46,456 nucleotides of DNA from an uncultured Candidatus Saccharibacteria bacterium (GTDB lineage Bacteria > Patescibacteriota > Minisyncoccia > UBA10092). A program made the translations under genes and the position numbers. Location: NCBI GenBank assembly GCA_964495505.1, contig CAZBVM010000002.1:1-46456 (forward strand), written 5' to 3'. Below, piece by piece: positions 1 through 7,786 of this stretch (the stretch's first letter is position 1; the number at the start of each line of letters is the position of its first letter). Below the pieces are notes generated by a model. The model made no database searches. It was not told the origin of the DNA and saw only the letters and a list, made by a program, of their open reading frames with translations.

Positions 1-8
1 TATTTCAT

Positions 9-32
9 ACACTTCTATTTTACTAGAAGTGT
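9..32. repeat. Perfect 9-bp inverted repeat hairpin (ACACTTCTA-TTTTAC-TAGAAGTGT) at the window edge. It may be a terminator of an off-window gene or an operator.
   Basis: Read directly: 9-17 is the reverse complement of 24-32, with a 6-nt loop. No flanking T-run, so the function is open. Confidence 0.4.
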
Positions 33-120
33 TGCACTTACTTGTTGAACTTAGTCAAATGATTTGGCAAGTGGCCCTTATTAATATTGAAACTAAATTT
101 AGCCCGTAAGAGTTTTATTA

Positions 121-148
121 TTGGACAATTTACGAGAAATATTATAAA
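121..148 (+). promoter_or_regulatory. Candidate sigma70-type promoter for the 160..870 gene
   Basis: TTGGAC (121-126), 16-nt spacer, TATAAA (143-148). It ends 11 nt before the ATG, implying a very short leader with no SD. Confidence 0.3.
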
Positions 149-159
149 GTTTTCAAATT

Positions 160-870
160 ATGAAAATCGTCGCGGTAATAGGCGCGCGGGGCGGCTCAAA
201 AAGCATACCGGACAAAAATATCAAACTTTTCAACGGCAAGCCTCTTATCGCCTGGGCTATTTTGAATGCCAAAAAAAGCCAATTATTAGACAGGGTGATA
301 GTTTCTACCGACAGCCCCAAGATTGCCAAAATTGCCAAAAAATACGGCGCCGAAGTTCCTTTTTTAAGACCGAAAGAGTTGGCCACGCCGACTATCGGAC
401 TGGAACCTGTTTTGAAGCACGCCTACAGCTGGCTTTTAGAAAATGAAGAATATAAAGCGGATGCCCTGCTTCTTTTACCCGTTACTAACCCTCTCCGCCA
501 ACCCTTCCACATTGATGAAGCAATAAAAATTTTTAAAAATAAAAAGGCCGATTCCGTCGTGTCGGTAAATGAAACGCCCGCAAATCATACGCCGTATTGG
601 ACTCTCGTTCAAACAGATGCCGGCGTATCGCTCTTTGGCGGCATAGACCTTAAAAATATCCTTACCCGCCGGCAGGATTTTCCTCAAAAATGCTATACCC
701 GAAATGATTTGGTATACGTTCTAAAACCAGAAAATCTTTACGAAGAAAAACCGAATCTTTACGGCAAAAAAGTTGAACTTTACCAAACGAGCACAATTTA
801 CGAGGCGGACATTAATACCCCCGAAGAATGGGCTTTAACGGAAAATAGATTCAGACAACTCAAGAAATAA
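160..870 (+). CDS. CMP-sugar (acylneuraminate/nonulosonate-type) cytidylyltransferase family protein
   Basis: ATG start, 236 aa. The N-terminus MKIVAVIGARGGSKSIPDKNI...GKPLIAW...VSTDS matches my recollection of the NeuA/CTP_transf_3 family. No HMM was run. Confidence 0.75.
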   Translation: MKIVAVIGARGGSKSIPDKNIKLFNGKPLIAWAILNAKKSQLLDRVIVSTDSPKIAKIAKKYGAEVPFLRPKELATPTIGLEPVLKHAYSWLLENEEYKADALLLLPVTNPLRQPFHIDEAIKIFKNKKADSVVSVNETPANHTPYWTLVQTDAGVSLFGGIDLKNILTRRQDFPQKCYTRNDLVYVLKPENLYEEKPNLYGKKVELYQTSTIYEADINTPEEWALTENRFRQLKK

Positions 871-904
871 ACATTGTTTGACTTTGCGTAAAAATTTAAG
901 TAAA

Positions 905-934
905 TTGACTATTAAACGTCAGTTTTTTTAAAAT
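905..934 (+). promoter_or_regulatory. Candidate promoter for the radical SAM gene
   Basis: TTGACT (905-910), 18-nt spacer, TAAAAT (929-934). A strong SD AGGAGG lies at 953-958. Confidence 0.35.
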
Positions 935-964
935 TTGAGCTGATACTGGCACAGGAGGATGAAA

Positions 965-2524
965 ATGGGAACTTTGAAGAAAGCAAAAGTCGCATTGCTG
1001 ACTCCGAATCTTAAGGGCATTAAAGGAGGAGTTAATCGTATCCAGCCAAGCCTTGGAGTCGGTTATCTCGCGGCAGTGCTTCAAAGAGAAGGACATGAAG
1101 TTCATGTAAGGGACACCGCCCTTGAAAAATACGATAATCAGATTCTTATGGGTGATGGAAGGACAATTCTTATTGGTGAAACCGATACTGAAATCGCGAA
1201 CTATATAGAAAATATTAATCCCGATATTGTCGGAATTTCTGTGCTTTTTTCTAATCTTGCGGAACATGCGCACAGCATTGCCAGAATCGTGAAAGAAGTT
1301 AAACCAGACGCTTATGTAGTGGTGGGAGGAAATCATATTTCTAATGCCGCTAAAGATTATTGGTATGCGAGAGGTGCAGGAAGTAATGACTCTATTTTGG
1401 GGCAGACACTGCTTCGGGAGATGCAAGACCCAAACATTGATTTTGCGATGATCGGAGAGTGCGATTTCGAGTTTAATGATTTAGTTAACGCTTTGACAAA
1501 TCAACAAGACCTAGGGTCTGTTAAAAACTTAGTCTATAGAAGAAATGGGGATATAGGTTTTAATAATAAGCCCCTAAAACGAGACGACAAGAGATTTGAC
1601 ATTAGGGGCCTGCCGCATCCTGCGAGAGACCTTATGAAGATGGAAGCGTATTTTAAGATAGGCTCGTTTCACTCGACAAGATCCACTTCCGATAGAGTTT
1701 TAAACGTAATGGCGTCAAGAGGGTGCCCCGAGGTATGCACATTTTGCACCACTCCCGATATGTGGGGGATGGGCGTGCGCTGGAGAGATCCAAAAGACGT
1801 ATTCGATGAGATAAGAGATGGCATCAAAGCTTATAAAATAGAAGAACTGCAATTCGAGGACGACACTATAACCGCAAACAAAAACCATTTATATGAACTG
1901 TGTGATTTAATCGGCGCGCTCGGAATAAATTGGTGTACGCCCAATGGAACAAAAGTTAATTATCATATGAAAGAACAACCCGAAATGTACAGGCGCATGC
2001 GCGATGCGGGCTGCTACCAACTTACTCTTGCGTGTGAAACGGGAGTTCAGCGCGTTATGGACGAAATAATCCGAAAAAAACTCAATGTTGAACAGATTGG
2101 GCCGGCAATTGAAAATGCAAAGAATGCCGGGATGTTTGTTCATACGTTTTGGATTGCGGGTTACCCGGGAGAAACAAGAGAAGAAATGGAAAAAACTATA
2201 AGATTTGCCGCTAATACGGGAGCGGATAGTTTTTCTATTGCGATACTCTCTCCACTACCCGGAACGCCAATTTATAGGCATGTTGTTGAGGAAAATCTTT
2301 GGTGGCCTAACGTTAAAGGAATACAAGATATGACTTACAGAACTTCTTTAGTTAAAGTTGATGGTTTTAGAGGCCCGGAAGAATTTGAAGGATGGGTCGA
2401 AGACCACAATAGATATCTAAACCTTTTGCTTGAGCAAAAAAACCCCGCGCGCGCGCGAGCTTACAATAGCTTAAGCAGCGCGAGGAAATTGGATCCCGAA
2501 CAGAGATTCATGAAGCAAACATAA
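965..2524 (+). CDS. Cobalamin-binding (class B) radical SAM enzyme, a candidate C-methyltransferase
   Basis: The CxxxCxxC cluster motif CPEVCTFC is encoded at 1724-1747. The N-terminal ~150 aa is a Rossmann-like B12-binding-type domain (DIVGISVLF...VVVGGNHIS). AGGAGG lies 6 nt upstream of the ATG at 965, so 965 is preferred over the track start 959. Confidence 0.85.
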   Translation: MGTLKKAKVALLTPNLKGIKGGVNRIQPSLGVGYLAAVLQREGHEVHVRDTALEKYDNQILMGDGRTILIGETDTEIANYIENINPDIVGISVLFSNLAEHAHSIARIVKEVKPDAYVVVGGNHISNAAKDYWYARGAGSNDSILGQTLLREMQDPNIDFAMIGECDFEFNDLVNALTNQQDLGSVKNLVYRRNGDIGFNNKPLKRDDKRFDIRGLPHPARDLMKMEAYFKIGSFHSTRSTSDRVLNVMASRGCPEVCTFCTTPDMWGMGVRWRDPKDVFDEIRDGIKAYKIEELQFEDDTITANKNHLYELCDLIGALGINWCTPNGTKVNYHMKEQPEMYRRMRDAGCYQLTLACETGVQRVMDEIIRKKLNVEQIGPAIENAKNAGMFVHTFWIAGYPGETREEMEKTIRFAANTGADSFSIAILSPLPGTPIYRHVVEENLWWPNVKGIQDMTYRTSLVKVDGFRGPEEFEGWVEDHNRYLNLLLEQKNPARARAYNSLSSARKLDPEQRFMKQT

Positions 2525-3887
2525 AAGACAGGATAAAATTAACAATCCTTTCGCTTGATTTTCCGTCTGCTTTCCAAAGCTGTTGCAAAACAGCTTTTTT
2601 TCTTCCCTCGCGATCAATAGAGGGGTTATTAAGATATTCCTTAACGTAATCAATCAGCTGCTTCAAACTGACAGCTGATTTTACGGCTCCTGTTTTAAAA
2701 AATGCCCTCATATGATCTTCATCGTGAAATCGCCTGATACTTGACCAGTAGGACTTGGATTTAGGACAGTCAAAATTAATGACGATTTGCGGCTTATCAA
2801 ACATCAATGAATCCAAACATATCGAGGTCGCGATCCAAACAACAACGTCGGAATAATACAAGGTGTCTATAAGATGGCGATTATCCCGCATCGAAAATTC
2901 AAGAAATTTCCCGCTGTCTTTTATTACGCCGGGCATCTCAACAATAAAATCCTGATTGCTTTTAAACTTCTCTTTTAGCGTTATATCGGGATGAGTAGGA
3001 TGGTTTCTGATGAAAAACTGGATGTCTTTCGGTAAAATGCCGTTTTTTTTCGCAACTTTAAGGGTTCGGCAAATAGCAGTGTTGGTTTCGGACAGTTCCC
3101 GCCGTCCGGGTGAAAAGAAAATCGTCTTTTTCTCGGGATCTCCGCCTACTAATTTGAAAAATTCTTCCCGACTCTTAAAAGGCGCTTTCAAATAATCGTC
3201 AAATTGCGATAAGCCGCCGATAAAAATATCTTTTTCGGGATAATTATGCAACTCAACCGCTTCTTTTTTTATCACTTCGTTATTGACAATTAATTTGTCC
3301 GGAAAATGCCTCATGAGTCCCTTGCTGAAATTATTATCCCAAGACCGAACCATCCCGACGACAAAAACTTTTCTTATTTTTGCTTCTTTAATTAACGTTT
3401 GATCAAAATCGTCATAAACATCGGTTGAAAAAATAATATCGGGGTTATATTTTTCAAAATAATCTTTATAAAAATCGCGGGGCGAGAAATGCCAATCAAA
3501 AAACCTGAAAATCCTGTTTAAAACTTTGTGGCCGGATAAAAGCCACTCAACAGCCGTAAATACATGAAATTTCAAAAAATTGTAAAAACTCGGATGCTGG
3601 CTTAGATAATCGCGCCTTTTGCGGCGAATCCAATAGGTATAAATAAACAAAAAAGCAGCTTTTGAAAAAAAATTATTTGATCGGGAATTTGAAAATGGCG
3701 CCGGATCAATGCCCTCAATCGCCACATTGCCAGAACGGTAATTATTTTCAAAAAAATCTTTGATGGCAGCCGGCACTAAAAGGATAATTTTCAAATCTTC
3801 TCTTTTTTTCAAAATACCAAAAACATCCGTATTCAGGATATTTTTAGAAATGAAAGGATGGAAAGCTGTTATAAAAATTGTTTTCAT
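2508..3887 (-). CDS. GT-B-like transferase of the TagB/TagF (CDP-glycerol glycerophosphotransferase) / HP-motif type. It probably uses a cytidine-nucleotide-linked donor.
   Basis: 459 aa with an ATG start. KKTIFFSPGRRE resembles the TagF 'LYAPTxR' segment. IRNHPTHPD supplies an HP motif. YYSDVVVWIATSICLDSLMFDKPQIVINFD resembles the 'SDxlITDySS...KPii' C-terminal block. The ORF is solid but the function is tentative. Confidence 0.45.
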   Translation of the reverse strand: MKTIFITAFHPFISKNILNTDVFGILKKREDLKIILLVPAAIKDFFENNYRSGNVAIEGIDPAPFSNSRSNNFFSKAAFLFIYTYWIRRKRRDYLSQHPSFYNFLKFHVFTAVEWLLSGHKVLNRIFRFFDWHFSPRDFYKDYFEKYNPDIIFSTDVYDDFDQTLIKEAKIRKVFVVGMVRSWDNNFSKGLMRHFPDKLIVNNEVIKKEAVELHNYPEKDIFIGGLSQFDDYLKAPFKSREEFFKLVGGDPEKKTIFFSPGRRELSETNTAICRTLKVAKKNGILPKDIQFFIRNHPTHPDITLKEKFKSNQDFIVEMPGVIKDSGKFLEFSMRDNRHLIDTLYYSDVVVWIATSICLDSLMFDKPQIVINFDCPKSKSYWSSIRRFHDEDHMRAFFKTGAVKSAVSLKQLIDYVKEYLNNPSIDREGRKKAVLQQLWKADGKSSERIVNFILSFMFAS

Positions 3888-3908
3888 AAATTTTATTCTT
3901 TTTGAGCT

Positions 3909-5801
3909 TTATTTTTGTTTAAATTTGTAAATCGAAAATTCCCCGGTATTTTTCAGAAAAATGAAATCGCGCGCGACTAGCGGCGGAACGCCACTTTTGC
4001 CTTTTTCAAAAACGGCGTAATCAATTCTGTAAGCCGGCTGCCACGAGAAATTAAGCGGCATATTTTTTAACTCTTGCTTTAAGGCAGCGCAGGCCGCGTC
4101 AAATTTAGCTTCCGGGATAACATATAGCCGGTTGTACCACAACGGGAAAAACGCCCGGACAATGGCTTTTTCAAAACCGGAAAAAAGAGCGCTTCTAAAT
4201 CCCCCGTTTCCCGCGGCGCCGGCGCAGTCAGACGCGGTCAAATCGGCGGATTCCGGATAAAACCGCGCGATATCCAGCCATCTTTTTTTAAATTCTACTT
4301 CGTCGCCGCCGCTAAATTTATACGCTCCGCCATCCCCCCAATATACCTTATGATTAGTATAAACAGTTATCACGTTGGCAAAACCCGGCGGCGCCAGCAC
4401 GACCCCCGGTTCCAAAGTCCTCAACGCCGTAATAAGCGGGCGATCGCGCTCGTCGGTCTTTGGAAAAGAAAAATCATGGCCGTGCAGGCGCCAGCTAAAC
4501 AGCGCCCCGAAAATCGCCGCAATTGCAATAAAAAAGATGGCAAATTTTTTAAGATATAAAGCCGGAACAGATGCGCCCCATAATCTCCATACCAAAAGCG
4601 CGTATCCGGTAACAAGCGGAACACTAATGCCAACGACAAGCCAACTCCGCCACGGTCTTCCATAAAACAAAGCAACAATATGCAGACCCAGAATAACAGA
4701 AAATATAACGGCAAGCGAGCGGAATTTAGATCGGTTCATCTCCGGCAACAGTTCAAAAAACGCGAATCCTAAAAGGATAATAGTGAAAAAATCTTCTAGA
4801 ATAAGATAATGGTCGGAAACAACGGCAAAACCCGTCACGATATTGCTGTTGATGGCTAAAAAGAGAGAGAAAAAAGAAATACCTAAAAAAAGCAATGTTT
4901 GGAACAAATGGGATTCGCCGGAGAATTTTTTAAATAAAACACGCGCCAAAGCGGCAAGCGCTAAAGCCGCGCCTAAAAGACGCAGTCCGGCTAACGGCAA
5001 AATCGGCAAACGGCCAAAACGGACGCCCATGCGTTCCAGCGACTCATGAACCGAATTAACCTGGCCGAGACCCGAAATATAGGCGTTATAAAAAACCACT
5101 ACATTGAGTATGGAAAACGCAACCCATAGTCCCAAGAGCGCCCAATAACGCCAATTTCGGTTAAAAACCGAAAACCATAGAAACCATAAGCCGCCAATCA
5201 GGACTCCTAAAGAAAAAGACACGGGATGGACGATAAAAAGAGTATTGGCAACGCCAATAATTATAACCTGATGCCAGAACTTTGAAAATTGCGGGGTTTT
5301 AAATAAAAGAATTATACCGACAATAAAAAATATCAAAAACCAGGAGGAAAGGCCGGGCTCAAGAAGCTGAAGCGGTCCGTAAAAGAAAACAAAAAACGCG
5401 GTAAGTCCAAGCGATTCCCATTGCTTCCGGCCGAAATTTTTAAATAAAAAGTATATTCCGATAAAAAGCGCGAACGCGCTTGCTCCTTTCAAAATAACAT
5501 GCCACCAGCCCATAGGAATCCGGCTTGCCTGCGGAATCAGGCGCATTATTGACTGAAAGAGAAGAAAACGCTCTTTTCCGCCCGAATGCTCCCAAAAATA
5601 CGGATTGTCGCTGAAGCGCTTTTGAAAAATATCGTTAAGCCAAACCAAATAAGGAGTATAAGCGCCTATATCGGTCCGCAGAGGTTCCTGAAAATTGCTT
5701 AAAAATGCCCAATAAAAAATATCCGGCAAAATAATGAGTAAAACAAAAAAAACTATAGCTATAATAAACCATATGCGGAAATTATTTGATGATTTTGACA
5801 T
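3909..5801 (-). CDS. Large polytopic membrane protein with a ~200-aa C-terminal extracytoplasmic domain (GT-C-like / unknown)
   Basis: 630 aa with more than 10 hydrophobic segments. The C-terminal domain is paralogous to that of 22292..24514: ITVYTNHKVYWG vs IPVYTANNVFYH, GGDEVEFKKRW vs SDDEVLDRF, YRIDYAVFEK vs YRVDYLVWDK. Confidence 0.6.
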   Translation of the reverse strand: MSKSSNNFRIWFIIAIVFFVLLIILPDIFYWAFLSNFQEPLRTDIGAYTPYLVWLNDIFQKRFSDNPYFWEHSGGKERFLLFQSIMRLIPQASRIPMGWWHVILKGASAFALFIGIYFLFKNFGRKQWESLGLTAFFVFFYGPLQLLEPGLSSWFLIFFIVGIILLFKTPQFSKFWHQVIIIGVANTLFIVHPVSFSLGVLIGGLWFLWFSVFNRNWRYWALLGLWVAFSILNVVVFYNAYISGLGQVNSVHESLERMGVRFGRLPILPLAGLRLLGAALALAALARVLFKKFSGESHLFQTLLFLGISFFSLFLAINSNIVTGFAVVSDHYLILEDFFTIILLGFAFFELLPEMNRSKFRSLAVIFSVILGLHIVALFYGRPWRSWLVVGISVPLVTGYALLVWRLWGASVPALYLKKFAIFFIAIAAIFGALFSWRLHGHDFSFPKTDERDRPLITALRTLEPGVVLAPPGFANVITVYTNHKVYWGDGGAYKFSGGDEVEFKKRWLDIARFYPESADLTASDCAGAAGNGGFRSALFSGFEKAIVRAFFPLWYNRLYVIPEAKFDAACAALKQELKNMPLNFSWQPAYRIDYAVFEKGKSGVPPLVARDFIFLKNTGEFSIYKFKQK

Positions 5802-6453
5802 ATACGAAATTGATTGATAGTACGCCCCATTCTTTTTTAAATCGGTCGCGAATGGGCAAAATTTTCACATCAAATTTGCTTCTGTCTATTTTTTCAATTA
5901 CCGATTTGGCGCCGACATCGTCTTTATTGAAATAATAATCGTCAAAAATGACAACGGAATTTTTGCGCATAAGCTCTTGAGCATAACGCCAATCATTGGT
6001 TATTGTCTCAATGCTGTGGCCGCCGTCTATAAATATAAAATCCATTTTTGGCAAAAAATAAACCACTTTGGGTAAAACTTTAAGCGTGTTGCCCTTAAAA
6101 AGGTTAACCTTAACACCTGTTTTTTCCAATTTTTTTCTAATTTCTTCCACGGACGGCGGCAGCTTTGAAACTTCCCTTTCAAGCATTTCATTTGTCATTT
6201 CTTCAAAAAGATCGAAACCGTAATAAGTTATTTCACTGGCCGGATAAAAATTTTTTGCCTCATTTATCATTTCTTCCGCCCGCCTTCCATTCCATGTCCC
6301 TATTTCCATAATATTTTTCGGTCGTATCTTTCTTATCGTTTCAAAAAGATAATAGTATCTTTTTGTTTCTTTGAAAAAATACTGATACCTTTTGGGAATA
6401 AAAACCGACGCAATCTTTTTAATTTTCTTATATAGATTCTTAGGATGTTCCAT
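5782..6453 (-). CDS. Class I SAM-dependent methyltransferase (Methyltransf_24 / O-methyltransferase-like)
   Basis: 223 aa. Motif I is IMEIGTWNGRRAEEM. IFIDGGHSIETITNDW is typical of this subfamily. Confidence 0.7.
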   Translation of the reverse strand: MEHPKNLYKKIKKIASVFIPKRYQYFFKETKRYYYLFETIRKIRPKNIMEIGTWNGRRAEEMINEAKNFYPASEITYYGFDLFEEMTNEMLEREVSKLPPSVEEIRKKLEKTGVKVNLFKGNTLKVLPKVVYFLPKMDFIFIDGGHSIETITNDWRYAQELMRKNSVVIFDDYYFNKDDVGAKSVIEKIDRSKFDVKILPIRDRFKKEWGVLSINFVYVKIIK

Positions 6454-6469
6454 TGAGTATCTTTGTAGA

Positions 6470-7786
6470 TTAATTTTTAGTTGCTATTTTAATGGCGCGC
6501 CAAAATTTACGCTTTAACCAAAAAGATAAAAATTTCCTTGTCAATTTTTCGTGTTCAAAAGAATATTTAAAAACATTATTTCCGAAAAGAAACCCTTTTC
6601 CGTTAGCGCCCGCGACTTGTTTCTTATTATAAATTTCCGTAATTTCATTTATCATTTTTATTTTTTCCTGAAAAACTCTCGGTCTAAAAACCGGCACTTC
6701 ATCCAAATTGCTAAAAGTGTCTTTTTTTAAATTATCGCTTAAGAGGCCTTTTACAGAAACAAAACCCATGAACATAGCGGCTGCTTCATACGGCATAAAA
6801 AAGACAAAAGAATCAACCGTTTTAGAACGCTGACCCAATTTTATTTCAAATTTTTGATAAGAATTAATTGACAATTCCAAGGCCTGAAGCGGAGTGTTTA
6901 CAAAATCGGTAAAAATTTGCCCGTCCCCGAAAGTATTAAGATAAATATTTTTCGCTTTTTTATCTAAAGAAGAGTGATTTAAAAAATTTGTTTTTCTTAT
7001 TCCCAACTCCTCAATGCGTTCTAACTGAGAATACTGACGGGCCCAGTCGCCTAAAGAAAAGGCAATCTCAAAAACCATAAGCAGGCCTTCATAAAACAAT
7101 TTTATTAACTTTCGGACAGCTTGCTCTCGGTCAATCTTAAACCAATTTGACATCAAATCTTTAATATTTTCGGAAAAAGCGGGGCTAATTTTTCTGTTCG
7201 TGATATTATTAATTTCCCGAGTGATATAGATGATAGTTTTAAGCTCCTCTAAAACATGCCTTACGGGCAATTCTTTATTAATATAAAAGGGGAGAGTTGA
7301 AATCATTAACGCTAAAAATCTCTCGGCGTTGGTTAAACTCAAAATATCTTGTTCGTTTTTATCAAATTTTATATTTTCAAAATTTACGTCTTTTTCAATA
7401 TCCGAATTTTTATACAACAATCTGTGGCCATTGGGCCATACATTCATTGTCCAGGGATCAAAATAAAGCATTTTGCGGTAATGTTTTTCCGTAATAAGCG
7501 TGATGTGATGGCTCATTAGGTATTTGGTCTTCTCGGAAAGTTCTGGTTTTAGGGGAAGGTACATTTTTTCCGCGTCATCGCAAAATACCGCCCAAATATC
7601 CATATCCGATATGCCCGGGTACGGAATATACCCGTATTCGAGCAGGGCAACAAGCCCCGGAGTATTGCGAGCCTGATTAATTATCTCGACTCGCGCCTCG
7701 TCGTAATCGGCTTCGCCGCATTCAATAGGCAGATCATAAACGCGCCAGCCGTCTATTTCCATTACCTCTTGATTTTTAAAATTCAT
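6470..7786 (-). CDS. Uncharacterised 438-aa protein, with a possible N-terminal nucleotidyltransferase-fold segment
   Basis: Its ATG overlaps the upstream stop as ATGA (7783-7786). LLEYGYIPYPGISDMDIWAVF weakly resembles the pol-beta NTase G[SG]...D.D motif. The rest is unrecognised. Confidence 0.3.
   Translation of the reverse strand: MNFKNQEVMEIDGWRVYDLPIECGEADYDEARVEIINQARNTPGLVALLEYGYIPYPGISDMDIWAVFCDDAEKMYLPLKPELSEKTKYLMSHHITLITEKHYRKMLYFDPWTMNVWPNGHRLLYKNSDIEKDVNFENIKFDKNEQDILSLTNAERFLALMISTLPFYINKELPVRHVLEELKTIIYITREINNITNRKISPAFSENIKDLMSNWFKIDREQAVRKLIKLFYEGLLMVFEIAFSLGDWARQYSQLERIEELGIRKTNFLNHSSLDKKAKNIYLNTFGDGQIFTDFVNTPLQALELSINSYQKFEIKLGQRSKTVDSFVFFMPYEAAAMFMGFVSVKGLLSDNLKKDTFSNLDEVPVFRPRVFQEKIKMINEITEIYNKKQVAGANGKGFLFGNNVFKYSFEHEKLTRKFLSFWLKRKFWRAIKIATKN

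Noticed and set aside
87-1426. Short or antisense track ORFs such as 87-446, 153-386, 475-687 and 896-1426. The same class occurs elsewhere, for example 4350-4714, 8228-9702, 10312-11246, 20345-20771, 25514-25933, 30015-30485 and 41343-41702.
   Set aside because: Each lies inside, or antisense to, a long ORF with clear family motifs. Their translations are low-complexity or basic with no recognisable motif. These are typical shadow ORFs of an AT-rich sequence.
2446-2457. (CG)6 dinucleotide repeat near the 3' end of the radical SAM gene as a phase-variation switch
   Set aside because: It is short and affects only the last ~22 codons. It simply encodes ARARA. It stands out in an AT-rich genome, but there is no evidence of function.
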